64,000 bases of DNA, from NCBI GenBank assembly GCA_938091495.1, contig CALLJF010000012.1, forward strand, positions 32,154 to 96,153, in the 5' to 3' direction. A model generated the notes under the pieces. It was not told the DNA's origin, searched no databases, and worked only from the letters and a program-made list of their open reading frames with translations. The stretch is from an uncultured Nitrososphaerales archaeon (GTDB lineage Archaea; Thermoproteota; Nitrososphaeria; Nitrososphaerales; JACAEJ01). Position numbers and translations under genes: made by a program. Position 1 is the first letter of the stretch; every line of letters starts with the position of its first letter. Positions 40,313 to 49,722 of this stretch are shown one piece after another.

Positions 40313-40340
40313 CAAAAAATGAGGGGTCATCGAACCCCTT
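40313..40340 (-). terminator. Stem-loop plus U-tract downstream of alba
   Basis: Minus strand AGGGGT-TCGATG-ACCCCT-C-ATTTTTT immediately after the stop codon. Confidence 0.6.
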
Positions 40341-40616
40341 TCATTTGCTGAGATATATTTCAATGGAACTGACGTTGTTTATGTTACCTGTTTCGTTGCT
40401 CTTGACTTGCTCTGTGTTTATGTTTATGTCCTTTACTTTTATGCCTGTAGCAAATCTTTTCATGGCTATCTGAGCCACATCTACAGCCTTGCTTATAGCT
40501 CTGCCCCTAGCTTTGATTGTTACCAATTCGCTGCCATTTTGGAACAATGTTAGGCATGCCAAGACATAGTTCATGACTGGCTTTTTCCCTATGAATACAG
40601 AATTTGTCTCTGACAT
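40341..40616 (-). CDS. albA: DNA/RNA-binding protein Alba
   Basis: MSETNSVFIGKKPVMNYVLA, KARGRAISKAVDVA, NVSSIEI; start placed at the ATG at 40616. Confidence 0.97.
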   Translation of the reverse strand: MSETNSVFIGKKPVMNYVLACLTLFQNGSELVTIKARGRAISKAVDVAQIAMKRFATGIKVKDININTEQVKSNETGNINNVSSIEIYLSK

Positions 40617-40724
40617 ATTGACACCTGGCTTGTAATTGAAGGGATAGAGATTTACCTTAAATACATTACGGTCTTGACTCAAAGCAAATTCATAAATAAA
40701 AGTATGAGTAAAAATAAGATAATC

Positions 40725-42044
40725 ATGGCGACTCAGATCATAGCAGCTCGACAAGGTATCATTACAGAAGAGGTTAGAAAAGTAGCCATTGAGGAAGGAT
40801 TGTCTGCTGAAAGGCTAAGAGATCGAGTGGCTCGTGGCAAAGTTGTAATTACCCACAACAATGGTAGAAACTCCTCTAAGCCCATCGGTATAGGGCAAGG
40901 GCTTAGGACGAAGATCAACGCAAATATAGGCACTTCTCTTGATGTTTGCGATTTGAACCTTGAACTAGAGAAGGCAAGGGTAGCCATCAAGTATGGAGCA
41001 GACACCATAATGGACTTAAGTACAGAGGGAGATCTGGACCTTATAAGAAATGCAATCCTTAAGGAAGTGCAAGTCCCTTTTGGCACAGTTCCTGTGTACC
41101 AAGCATATATAGAAACTGTGAAAAAAAGTAAGAATCCTGCCAGCATGAGTATAGACGATCTCTTTAATGTTATTGAGAAGCAGATGAGGGACGGTGTTGC
41201 CTTCATGACTTTACACTGTGGCATAACGTTAGATATTGTGAATCATGTTATAGATCATCCTAGGTTGAATGGAATAGTGAGTAGAGGAGGGGCCTTTCTC
41301 GCTGCTTGGATGCTTCATAATGAGAAGGAGAATCCGCTTTACTCGAATTATGACTATCTCCTTGAATTGGCAAAGAATTATGATGTAGTATTGAGCTTGG
41401 GAGATGCGTTAAGGCCTGGAAGCCTTGCTGATGCTAGTGATTATGCCCAGTTTCAGGAGTTAATAACCATAAGCAACCTTGTGAAGAGGGCTTGGGACGA
41501 GGGTGTTCAGGTTATAGTCGAAGGACCAGGCCATCTGCCATTGGATCAGATAGAGGCTAATGTAAAGATGGAGAAGTTGTTGTGTAAAGGCGCACCCTTT
41601 TATCTACTGGGTCCTCTCGTGACAGACATAGCTTCTGGCTATGATCATATAGCTGGAGCCATAGGCGGAGCTATAGCAGCCATGGCCGGAGCAGACTACC
41701 TTTGCTACGTTACTCCAGCAGAGCATCTTGGTCTTCCTAGCATAGAGGATGTTCGTCAAGGCGTAATAGCATCGAAGATAGCTGCCCATGCAGCCGATAT
41801 AGTAAAGCTTGGCAAGAAGGCCATTAAACATGATATTGAAATGTCGAAGGCTCGCTCTCTTCTCGATTGGAAGACTCAGATAAGTTTGAGCGTAGACCCT
41901 GATGGAGCAAAAGAAATACATTACAGAGTGAGAAGCAAAAGCGGGACGTGCACTATGTGCGGCGATTATTGCACCTATAAGATCCTAGGAAATTCTTCAA
42001 GAAAGTCAAAAAAGAGTATATCAAGGCAAATTGTAAACCCATGA
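40725..42044 (+). CDS. thiC: Phosphomethylpyrimidine synthase ThiC (paralog 2, canonical-looking)
   Basis: MATQ start, KINANIGTS, GTVPVYQ, VSRGG, LGDALRPG, EGPGH, YVTPAEHL, CTMCGDYC. Confidence 0.92.
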   Translation: MATQIIAARQGIITEEVRKVAIEEGLSAERLRDRVARGKVVITHNNGRNSSKPIGIGQGLRTKINANIGTSLDVCDLNLELEKARVAIKYGADTIMDLSTEGDLDLIRNAILKEVQVPFGTVPVYQAYIETVKKSKNPASMSIDDLFNVIEKQMRDGVAFMTLHCGITLDIVNHVIDHPRLNGIVSRGGAFLAAWMLHNEKENPLYSNYDYLLELAKNYDVVLSLGDALRPGSLADASDYAQFQELITISNLVKRAWDEGVQVIVEGPGHLPLDQIEANVKMEKLLCKGAPFYLLGPLVTDIASGYDHIAGAIGGAIAAMAGADYLCYVTPAEHLGLPSIEDVRQGVIASKIAAHAADIVKLGKKAIKHDIEMSKARSLLDWKTQISLSVDPDGAKEIHYRVRSKSGTCTMCGDYCTYKILGNSSRKSKKSISRQIVNP

Positions 42045-42084
42045 TGAAAAAAGATTATAAGAACGATACTTTGGTGAAGAATCT

Positions 42085-42252
42085 ATGCCCATTACAGACG
42101 TTATGAAAAAGCAGTTGGCTCAAAGGAGAAAACTGTTCTTCAAGATTTGCTTAAAGTGTGGTTCAAAGAACTCTATATCTGCTACGAGATGCAGGAAATG
42201 CAAAAGTGGAGACTTAAGATTAAAGAACAGAGCCCTTGCTGCTAAGAAGTAA
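42085..42252 (+). CDS. rpl40e: 50S ribosomal protein L40e
   Basis: Manual translation MPITDVMKKQLAQRRKLFFKICLKCGSKNSISATRCRKCKSGDLRLKNRALAAKK (below the ORF-track cutoff). Confidence 0.96.
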   Translation: MPITDVMKKQLAQRRKLFFKICLKCGSKNSISATRCRKCKSGDLRLKNRALAAKK

Positions 42253-42260
42253 ATTTTACA

Positions 42261-42335
42261 GGGCCGGTAGTCTAGTCTGGTTAGGATGCCGCTCTCACAC
42301 AGCGGAGGTCCCAGGTTCGAATCCTGGCCGGCCCA
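42261..42335 (+). tRNA. tRNA-Val(CAC), no intron, CCA not encoded
   Basis: GGGCCGG...CCGCT-CT-CAC-AC-AGCGG...CCAGG-TTCGAAT-CCTGG-CCGGCCC-A. Confidence 0.97.
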
Positions 42336-42455
42336 TCAATTCAAGCGCTTTTCATAAGAGAATGTTAAAGCAAAAAAGAAATACTTATCATCAGCATTGG
42401 ACCAATTAAAAGGCAGTCCGTACTCTTAAAGAAAATATATTGATAAAAATAGCCT

Positions 42456-42491
42456 TGGCGGAGTGGCATAACTGCCTTCCGCCAGATTTTT
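42456..42491. terminator. GC-rich hairpin with T-tracts on both strands, between the convergent tRNA-Val and TRAM genes
   Basis: TGGCGGA-GT-GGCA-TAAC-TGCC-T-TCCGCCA followed by TTTTTT on + and TTTTT on -. Confidence 0.55.
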
Positions 42492-42517
42492 TGCGTAGAG
42501 AGAACTTATTCCTACTG

Positions 42518-42784
42518 CTATTCTTCCTTCTCTGCAGTTTCGACTATTTGACCGTTGGCGGATCTGTTTCCAACCTGAGTGATCTTGATTCTTGCTTTTT
42601 GTCCTTCTTTTGCTCCTGCAACGAAGATAATGAATCCTTCGATCTTCGCTATTCCGTCTCCGCGTCTGCTGATCTCAGTGATGGTAACATCGTATTCCTT
42701 GCCCACTTCGACAGGCTTTGGTCTGAACGACCTTGAACCACCGAAGCCGCCATGTCTATAGCCGCCTCCTTGTCCGTAACTCGT
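42518..42784 (-). CDS. Single-TRAM-domain RNA chaperone with Gly/Arg-rich N-terminus; probable ACG start
   Basis: (ACG)SYGQGGGYRHGGFGGSRSFRPKPVEVGKEYDVTI...RRGDGIAKIEGFIIFV; in-frame TGA three codons upstream. Confidence 0.9.
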   Translation of the reverse strand, partial: TSYGQGGGYRHGGFGGSRSFRPKPVEVGKEYDVTITEISRRGDGIAKIEGFIIFVAGAKEGQKARIKITQVGNRSANGQIVETAEKEE

Positions 42785-42997
42785 ATCTTCTCAACTCCTA
42801 GCGCTTTATTGCGCTGGAAAAGGGTAGCAATTATCACATATATAGCTATTGTTTTGATCAACGCCTATTCTTTAGCAAGGGCTTTTAGAGAATTATAGCC
42901 CAACGCATCTAACTTCTTTCCATCTTATTACTTGATTTTCTGATGCTCACTTGTATAAGTTTATAAATTAAAGCGATAATCTTTAGATGAAAATTGA

Positions 42998-43690
42998 ATG
43001 GAGAATGAAACTTCCGTCCAAAGTAAGCCTTCGTCAGTTTTCACAGGTTTTCTAGGGAGGCTTGGAGGAACTCTGTTAGAGCCTCGTAAGACCTTTTATG
43101 ATATGATGCAAAGAGAGATGCGTATAATAGAGCCTCTGTTCTTGATCATAGTATTTTTTGGAATTCAAGGTGCCCTTGTTGGTGTCTTCACAGTTAGAAT
43201 ACTTTATTCCTTTCTTGCTTTTTTAAGCCCTATCATCGGTGCTAAGCAATTGCAGGCTTTTCAGGGAGGTCTTCTCATAATACCTTTCATCATCGCTATA
43301 TCTTGGATTGTTTTTGCTCTCATGATATGGATAATATCGGCAGGCATCGCTCATTTATGCGCCAAGTATATCTTCAAGGGCATGGGTTCATATACTCAAC
43401 TTCTCAAACTTTATGGTTACGCTTCTGTTCCAAGCTCTCTAGTTATATTAGGGATGATGCTCACAAGTCTGAACTTTTCTATCTTCTTCGGTCTTTCTAT
43501 GATCCTTTGCTTGATGGCTGTCTTCTGGACAGTCGTTATCCTAGTAGTTGCCGTTGAGAGATGCTACTTGATAGACCCTGGTCAAGCCTTCATATCCTCC
43601 TTCATAGCGCCCCTAATTGTTTATCTTGCCTTATCGGCACTTGTCTGGCTAATCTTCTCCAGTTTAGTACTAGGAGGTTTCTCTTTATGA
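42998..43690 (+). CDS. Yip1-family membrane protein
   Basis: LLEPRKTF, HLCAKYIFKGMGSY..LLKLYGYA..P, about 5 TM helices. Confidence 0.85.
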   Translation: MENETSVQSKPSSVFTGFLGRLGGTLLEPRKTFYDMMQREMRIIEPLFLIIVFFGIQGALVGVFTVRILYSFLAFLSPIIGAKQLQAFQGGLLIIPFIIAISWIVFALMIWIISAGIAHLCAKYIFKGMGSYTQLLKLYGYASVPSSLVILGMMLTSLNFSIFFGLSMILCLMAVFWTVVILVVAVERCYLIDPGQAFISSFIAPLIVYLALSALVWLIFSSLVLGGFSL

Positions 43691-44583
43691 GAGCTAACAC
43701 CATTATAGGGGGAATCATAATTGCCATTTTATTGGCAAGTGTGATCTTTACTTTTGCATCCCCTATCCTTCTTGGACCTCTTATCAAATTCGAGGAAGAT
43801 AGAGCTAAAGTCACTAGAACATATTTGTTTACTTCAGATGATGCACCAGGAGTAGATTACGTAAATCTGAACTTTACAATAAAGGCTGGCAGGATTGATA
43901 TCAATTTCATTGATGATAGCAGTTTGATCTATAAGTTTGTTTTTAAGCAAGATGAAGGAACTACAAAACCTAGCATTGAAAACATAACTGTCGATAGTGA
44001 TCTGCTCGTTAATGTAATGGCTGAATCTGGTGATGTTAAAGTGACCTTCGGCAACAATTACATTTACAATGGAACGCTAAGAGTAAGCTTAGGTGGGATA
44101 GCAGCGAAATTATCTAACTATTCTAACATAGAATTTTTCGATCTTGCTGCAGTCTATGCTGGTGGCGTCTCAGTAGATGTAGAAGATGATGCGTCATTTG
44201 ACCATTTGAATATTAGAGTGAATGCAGGAGGAATAACGATGCATATTGGAGCTAAGACTCTTAAAAAAAGCTCAAGCATATTCGCCAGAGTTGAACTTGG
44301 AGGAATTGCAGTTGATTCAATTCCTAAGGGAACAAGCCTAGGTAGCAGATTGAAGGCATTCGCTGACATAGGTGGAATTTCTCTAAATCCTAGAAACTAC
44401 ACAGTAATAAGCCATACAGTCAATAGAGTTGAAATAGAGACGGAAAATTATCCAACTGCACCCATTAAGCTTGAAATTGAGGTTTTCACAGGATTAGGAG
44501 GGACGACAATAAACCAACCCTTCTTTCTAGCCTTTCCAACTAGCTTCAGCCAAGAGATTACAGCAAGATATTTTCTTGAATAA
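43687..44583 (+). CDS. Membrane-anchored beta-rich hypothetical protein
   Basis: ATG overlaps the Yip1 stop; N-terminal TM, then repeated ..GG.. beta motifs. Confidence 0.7.
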   Translation: MRANTIIGGIIIAILLASVIFTFASPILLGPLIKFEEDRAKVTRTYLFTSDDAPGVDYVNLNFTIKAGRIDINFIDDSSLIYKFVFKQDEGTTKPSIENITVDSDLLVNVMAESGDVKVTFGNNYIYNGTLRVSLGGIAAKLSNYSNIEFFDLAAVYAGGVSVDVEDDASFDHLNIRVNAGGITMHIGAKTLKKSSSIFARVELGGIAVDSIPKGTSLGSRLKAFADIGGISLNPRNYTVISHTVNRVEIETENYPTAPIKLEIEVFTGLGGTTINQPFFLAFPTSFSQEITARYFLE

Positions 44584-44609
44584 GAGCATTTAAATCATAT
44601 TGACCACAT

Positions 44610-45800
44610 ATGGCAACTATGGAGAAGCAACTTTACATAATCACCGTTCAAGGTTTGGACAGACCAGGTCTAGTAGCAGGAATTTCAGAGATTTTAGCAG
44701 AGGCAAACGTTAATCTTTTAGATGTAGATCAAACGGTGATAAGAAAACTCTTTGCCATGTTCATGATAGCAGATTTCACAGCAGCTAGTAAAAAATTTGA
44801 AAGAGTAAAAGAAGATTTGTTCAAAAAAGCTAGAGAGCTTAGGATAAAGGTTTCAATCGAGCCTTATGTATTTAACGAAAGTCTAAAGAGAAAAGAGGAA
44901 AGAAATCTTATCTTACTAACGATAATTGGCAAGGATAGACCCGGCATAGTGGCCAGATTTTCTAAGATTTGCGCTGATAACGGTGTGAACATAGAAAGAA
45001 CAAGGATGATAGCGAGAGGGGAAACTATAGCCCTTGAGATGCTAATAAACGTGGAAGGTTTGAAGACAGATTTTGATAAGTTCAAGGAACTTCTTCATCA
45101 AGTAGGCTTGGACTTATCCTTAAGTGTAATAATTCAGAAGCAAAACATTTACCATAGGGCTAAGAAGCTGATAGTCTTTGATCTAGACACAACCTTCATC
45201 CAACAAGAAATAATTGATGAAATTGCAAAGATAGCTCATGTTGATCGACAGGTTAAAGAAATAACGAAAAGAGCCATGAAGGGTGAAATGGATTTTAAGC
45301 AAGCGCTGAGGGAAAGAGTCAAATTGCTCAAGGGTTTGCCCATTTCATCCTTAGGTTCGATCTTAAAGGAAATTAGGTTGACTAAGGGTGTTGAAGAACT
45401 TCTTTCTGTTTTAAAGGAGCTAGGATGCAAGATAGCAATAATCACAGGCAGCTTTTCCTATTTTGCTGATAAAATCAAAGAAAAATTTGATTTGGATTAT
45501 GCATTTGCGAATGAGTTAATAATCAAGGACGGTAAACTCACAGGAGAAATTAAGGAGCCAATATTGGATGCAGAGATGAAAAGAAGATTGATTCAAGATC
45601 TGATAAAGAAAGAGGGGATAAAGAAAGAGGAGGTTATAGCTGTAGGAGATGGTGCAAACGATAGATTTATGCTCATGGAGGCTGGTCTTGGAATAGCTTT
45701 TGATGCTCAAAAGATCTTAAGAAAAGTTGCAGACGGCGTGATAACGAAAGATAATTTAAGAGGTTTGATTTACTGCTTAAATGAATTTAGGGATTATTGA
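44610..45800 (+). CDS. serB: Phosphoserine phosphatase with two ACT domains
   Basis: Two G.DRPG ACT motifs, FDLDTT, ITKRAMKGE, GDGAND. Confidence 0.95.
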   Translation: MATMEKQLYIITVQGLDRPGLVAGISEILAEANVNLLDVDQTVIRKLFAMFMIADFTAASKKFERVKEDLFKKARELRIKVSIEPYVFNESLKRKEERNLILLTIIGKDRPGIVARFSKICADNGVNIERTRMIARGETIALEMLINVEGLKTDFDKFKELLHQVGLDLSLSVIIQKQNIYHRAKKLIVFDLDTTFIQQEIIDEIAKIAHVDRQVKEITKRAMKGEMDFKQALRERVKLLKGLPISSLGSILKEIRLTKGVEELLSVLKELGCKIAIITGSFSYFADKIKEKFDLDYAFANELIIKDGKLTGEIKEPILDAEMKRRLIQDLIKKEGIKKEEVIAVGDGANDRFMLMEAGLGIAFDAQKILRKVADGVITKDNLRGLIYCLNEFRDY

Positions 45801-45808
45801 TCTTTAAA

Positions 45809-46225
45809 TCAGACACACTTGAACTCTAAGCCGTACTTGTTTTTAAGAAATTCTTCAAATTTCTTAAACACTGGGCTTGAAGAAACTCCTATCTTCGTCC
45901 TTTTTTCCAGATCATAACAGATACAACGCTCAGTTATTCTAGGGTCTGCCTTAAGAACTTCATATGCCTCTTTTTCTAGACCTCCGGCGCAGATAAATGC
46001 CATAAAAGATGCCTCTTTAACCTTCCAAAAGTCGCCTTCATGTAATGTAACTTTTTGTAAACATGCCATGGACTTGAGAGTTGTAATGGCTATTGACTTA
46101 GACCAAACAAATACATGATAAGAGCCATCGATCTTGAACCATTGACCGCTCTTTTCGGCTTCCCACTCATCTCGGCAGTGCTCTCTAAAAGCCTTAAGGA
46201 CTTCCCTGACTTTTAGAGTTTCCAA
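45809..46225 (-). CDS. Hypothetical protein
   Basis: 138-aa ORF with coding-like composition and a GTGAG SD-like sequence before the TTG. Confidence 0.6.
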   Translation of the reverse strand: METLKVREVLKAFREHCRDEWEAEKSGQWFKIDGSYHVFVWSKSIAITTLKSMACLQKVTLHEGDFWKVKEASFMAFICAGGLEKEAYEVLKADPRITERCICYDLEKRTKIGVSSSPVFKKFEEFLKNKYGLEFKCV

Positions 46226-46286
46226 ATTTACTCACGATAAAGAATGCAAAAAGGATCGATTTAAGATTTATCGAGATGCCTAAATT

Positions 46287-47534
46287 TCACTTGTTCAGTA
46301 TGTTCTCATAAACTCGAAGGGTTTGTGTAGCTGCCTTTTCCCATGTAAAGTAATTCAATATCCTTCTTCGCCCATTTTCTCCCCATTTTCTGGCTCTTTT
46401 TTGATCTCTTAGAACTTCTCTTATGCCCCATGCTATGTCAGCCGGGTCATGACCATTGATATGAATACCATTTTGCTCAGGACCCGATGAGACAATCTGT
46501 TCTACAAATCCAACTACTCCTCTTGCTCCTACAACTACTGGCTTCTCCATGGCCATGGCCTCTAGGCTGACTATTCCGAAAGGCTCATACAAGGATGGGA
46601 AGACGCAAACATCCGATGCTGCATAGTGTAAAATGCGCTCTTCCTCAGGCACGAATTCGAACCTATAGAGAACCTTTTCCCTTATTCCTAGCCTATCGGC
46701 CAAAGCCATTAAATCACGCTGCTCCTCACCTCTGCCTAGTATCACAAGTTTAGATTTTGGAAATTCGTTCAGAACGAGGGGGAGAGCCTGTATCAGATTT
46801 CTAACCCCCTTAACCCATGTCAGCCTTCCAACAAAGAGGATGAAGTTTTCATCAGCTCCAATTCCATATCTATCACGCAGTTTTTGGACTTCTTCCTTGC
46901 TTATCCTATTTGGATCGTATCTCTCTGGATCAACGCCATTCCAGACCACATCGATTTTATTCTCTGGCCAACCATGACGGGCCAAGTCTTGTCTCATTAC
47001 GTTGCTAACAGTTACTATGCCATCGGCGCTTTCTGCCGTTACTTTTTCAAGATGACTTATAACTTCTGACCCTGTGTCTCCACTCCTTCCCCACTCTGTA
47101 GAATGAACATGAAACGCCAAAGGCATCTTTTCCAATTCTTCCTTGATTATAAGTCCAGCCATACTGCTTAACCAATCATGAACACTTATCAAATCAAATT
47201 TATAATGATCCCTACGAATTAGTTCATTAACGAACTTTGTAGCAGACAAGATATTGTAGATGAAGACGTCGTTAAAGAATTTCAAATTGGTTCCCCATCT
47301 TCTAAGATCTTCCGTTACTAAAAGGGGGAAGATCTTCGTGGCGTTTGCAATCATGGGTCTATGAACCTCTACCCCCTCTATTATCTCTCTCACTGGCAAG
47401 CCTCCAGGGTTGAGGGTGAAGACTGAAATATCGTGGTCTAGGTCCACTAACTTCCTTGTCATATTCTCTGCATAAGTACCTAATCCTCCTACAAGAACAG
47501 GAGGATACTCCCAGACGAAGAAGGCGATTCTCAA
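46287..47534 (-). CDS. Glycosyltransferase family 4 (glycogen-synthase-like)
   Basis: WEYPP..VGGLG, HDW, HSTE.GR, FVGRL, EPFGIVSLEAMA. Confidence 0.93.
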   Translation of the reverse strand: MRIAFFVWEYPPVLVGGLGTYAENMTRKLVDLDHDISVFTLNPGGLPVREIIEGVEVHRPMIANATKIFPLLVTEDLRRWGTNLKFFNDVFIYNILSATKFVNELIRRDHYKFDLISVHDWLSSMAGLIIKEELEKMPLAFHVHSTEWGRSGDTGSEVISHLEKVTAESADGIVTVSNVMRQDLARHGWPENKIDVVWNGVDPERYDPNRISKEEVQKLRDRYGIGADENFILFVGRLTWVKGVRNLIQALPLVLNEFPKSKLVILGRGEEQRDLMALADRLGIREKVLYRFEFVPEEERILHYAASDVCVFPSLYEPFGIVSLEAMAMEKPVVVGARGVVGFVEQIVSSGPEQNGIHINGHDPADIAWGIREVLRDQKRARKWGENGRRRILNYFTWEKAATQTLRVYENILNK

Positions 47535-47703
47535 AAGTCTTCACCTAAAGAAAACAGCAATTGGTTATTAAAACTATTCATATTCGATTAAAAATCTTTC
47601 GTTATCAGATAGATTTTTCAATAGGCAAATCAACTATTTGGCATATTATAAGAAAGATTAAATCTTTGTTTTTAGTATTTATTAAAAATAGAGTGACTCA
47701 TCT

Positions 47704-48441
47704 TTGAGCTCTTTAAGTGTCGAGAATTTAAGCGTCGAAGTTAATGGAAAAAGGATTCTGGACGAAGTAAACTTAGCGATACCGAAGGGAGAAGTTCATG
47801 TTTTATTTGGTCCAAATGCCTCTGGAAAAACATCTCTACTGATGACTATACTGGGTTTCCCTAACTACAAAGTAGTCTCAGGCGAAATCTGGTTCAATGG
47901 CGTGAGTATAACGAATATGTCTACAGATGAGCGTGTAAGACTTGGGATAGGTGTTGCTTTTCAAAACCCTCCTGCCATAAGAGGGGTTAAACTGGCTGAC
48001 ATCCTTCATAACTTTCTCAAATCTGAACCTGAAGCTAAGAAAAAAGAGATCGAGCTATGTGAGACCTTAAACTTCACAAAGGATTTCCTTTCAAGAGATT
48101 TGAACCTTTGCTTCTCTGGTGGGGAGGTTAAGAGATCTGAACTTTTACAAATCCTTGCCCAGAAGCCTAGCTTCGTTATGTTAGATGAGCCAGACTCAGG
48201 AGTCGATATCGAGAACCTTGGGGTCATAGGCAAAGTGATAAACGACTTCCTCAAGGAGAGGTCAGGGCTGTTAATAACTCATCTGGGTTACATCTTACGC
48301 TATGTTAAAGCTGATAAAGCCCATGTCTTGATCGAGGGAAAGGTAGCTTGTTCAGGAAAGCCCATCAAGATTCTTGACCAGATATTAAAGGAAGGCTACG
48401 GATGGTGTGAGAAGTGCTTAAAGATAGAGAAGAAGTGTTAA
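47704..48441 (+). CDS. sufC: Fe-S assembly ABC ATPase SufC
   Basis: GPNASGKT, FQNPP, FSGGEVKRSE, LDEPDSGVD, ITH. Confidence 0.93.
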   Translation: MSSLSVENLSVEVNGKRILDEVNLAIPKGEVHVLFGPNASGKTSLLMTILGFPNYKVVSGEIWFNGVSITNMSTDERVRLGIGVAFQNPPAIRGVKLADILHNFLKSEPEAKKKEIELCETLNFTKDFLSRDLNLCFSGGEVKRSELLQILAQKPSFVMLDEPDSGVDIENLGVIGKVINDFLKERSGLLITHLGYILRYVKADKAHVLIEGKVACSGKPIKILDQILKEGYGWCEKCLKIEKKC

Positions 48442-49637
48442 AGGCTGTAAGCAAGCCAGCCAGTTTAGGTCCTGATCTAGAAATAAAAGATTACATCAGA
48501 GAAGCTAAAGCCTTTTACTCCTGCCCAGTCTCGTCTCTCCCAAAAGAAATAACAGATCAATCCTTGAAAGTAGGGATAAGAACTGATGAGAAGGATAGGA
48601 TCGGAACTTACTTTCAGATAGACCATTCGGTCGTTTTTCAAGGCTTTCAAAAGGCTTTTGAAGGGAAGATAGAGTTAATGAGTACAACAGAAGCCATCAA
48701 AAAATATGATTGGCTCAAAGATTACTGGTGGAATCTTATACCAGCAAATATGGACAAATACACTGCACTATCAGAGCTAAACTGGGATCATGGTTATTTC
48801 ATCAGAGTCTTAGAAAATCAGAAAATAATGTTTCCTCTTCAGGCTTGCCTCTTCATATCAACTAATGGATTGAATCAGAATGTTCATAATGTTGTGATAA
48901 TGGAGCCTAACTCAGAGGCTCAAATAATAACAGGTTGCACTGTTCATCCCAATGTTCAAAGAGGACTTCATGTAGGAATTACGGAATTTTATTTAAAAAA
49001 AGGCGCTAAGCTTACTTTCACTATGATCCATAACTGGGCTCAGAACTTTGATGCTCGTCCAAGAACAGCAGTGCTTGTAGAGGATGATGCCACATTCGTT
49101 AACAATTACATATGCTTGAAACCAGTGAAGAGCCTTCAAACATATCCAGTTGCATACTGTAAAGGAAGCAACTCAAAAGCAAGATTCAACTCCATAATAT
49201 TTGGAGTAGGAAATTCCAACATAGATTTAGGAGCGAAGATAGTTCTTCAAGGACCTAGAAGCAAAGGAGAAGTTATCACTCATGCCATAGCCTCAGATAG
49301 TTCACAGATATACTCTAGAGGGTTATTGATAGGAGAGCATAGTGATAGCAAAGCCCATCTTGAATGTAGAGGTCTCTTGGTTTCTGATAGAGCTTTTATA
49401 CATGCCATACCAGAGCTTATTGGCAAAGTTAGCGGAACTGAACTTTCTCATGAAGCTGCCGTTGGTAAGATAGCAGAGGAGCAGATAAGATACTTGATGG
49501 CTAGAGGATTTTCTGAGGCTGAAGCAAGATCTTTGATAGTAAGAGGTTTTATGGATGTTACCATATTCGGCCTTCCAGATGCTTTAAGAGATGAAGTGAA
49601 AAGAATCGTTGATGGGACTGCGAAAGGGGTTTTGTAA
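48414..49637 (+). CDS. sufB: Fe-S assembly protein SufB/SufD family
   Basis: QNVHN, ITGCT, HLECRGL, LSHEAAVGKIAEEQI.YLMARG. Confidence 0.92.
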   Translation: MLKDREEVLKAVSKPASLGPDLEIKDYIREAKAFYSCPVSSLPKEITDQSLKVGIRTDEKDRIGTYFQIDHSVVFQGFQKAFEGKIELMSTTEAIKKYDWLKDYWWNLIPANMDKYTALSELNWDHGYFIRVLENQKIMFPLQACLFISTNGLNQNVHNVVIMEPNSEAQIITGCTVHPNVQRGLHVGITEFYLKKGAKLTFTMIHNWAQNFDARPRTAVLVEDDATFVNNYICLKPVKSLQTYPVAYCKGSNSKARFNSIIFGVGNSNIDLGAKIVLQGPRSKGEVITHAIASDSSQIYSRGLLIGEHSDSKAHLECRGLLVSDRAFIHAIPELIGKVSGTELSHEAAVGKIAEEQIRYLMARGFSEAEARSLIVRGFMDVTIFGLPDALRDEVKRIVDGTAKGVL

Positions 49638-49722
49638 TCACCCTTATATCATTAACTAAAAAGCAAAGCTTTTACACTTACTAAGACGCTAAATATAAAT
49701 CAGCAAAGTAAACTAATCTATA

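Noticed and set aside
40617..40724. Possible TPP riboswitch upstream of thiC
   Set aside because: No CTGAGA or CCTGA core or P1-P5 fold is visible; the region is a short AT-rich divergent promoter shared with alba.
40617..40754. N-terminal extensions of the Alba (137 aa) and ThiC (456 aa) ORF calls
   Set aside because: They would overlap head-to-head; conserved starts lie at 40616 and 40725.
42456..42484. On the minus strand the hairpin reads GAA-GGCA-GTTA-TGCC-A, resembling an archaeal SECIS element
   Set aside because: No internal in-frame TGA in TRAM or its neighbours; the upstream TGA is preceded closely by TAA. A terminator role is simpler.
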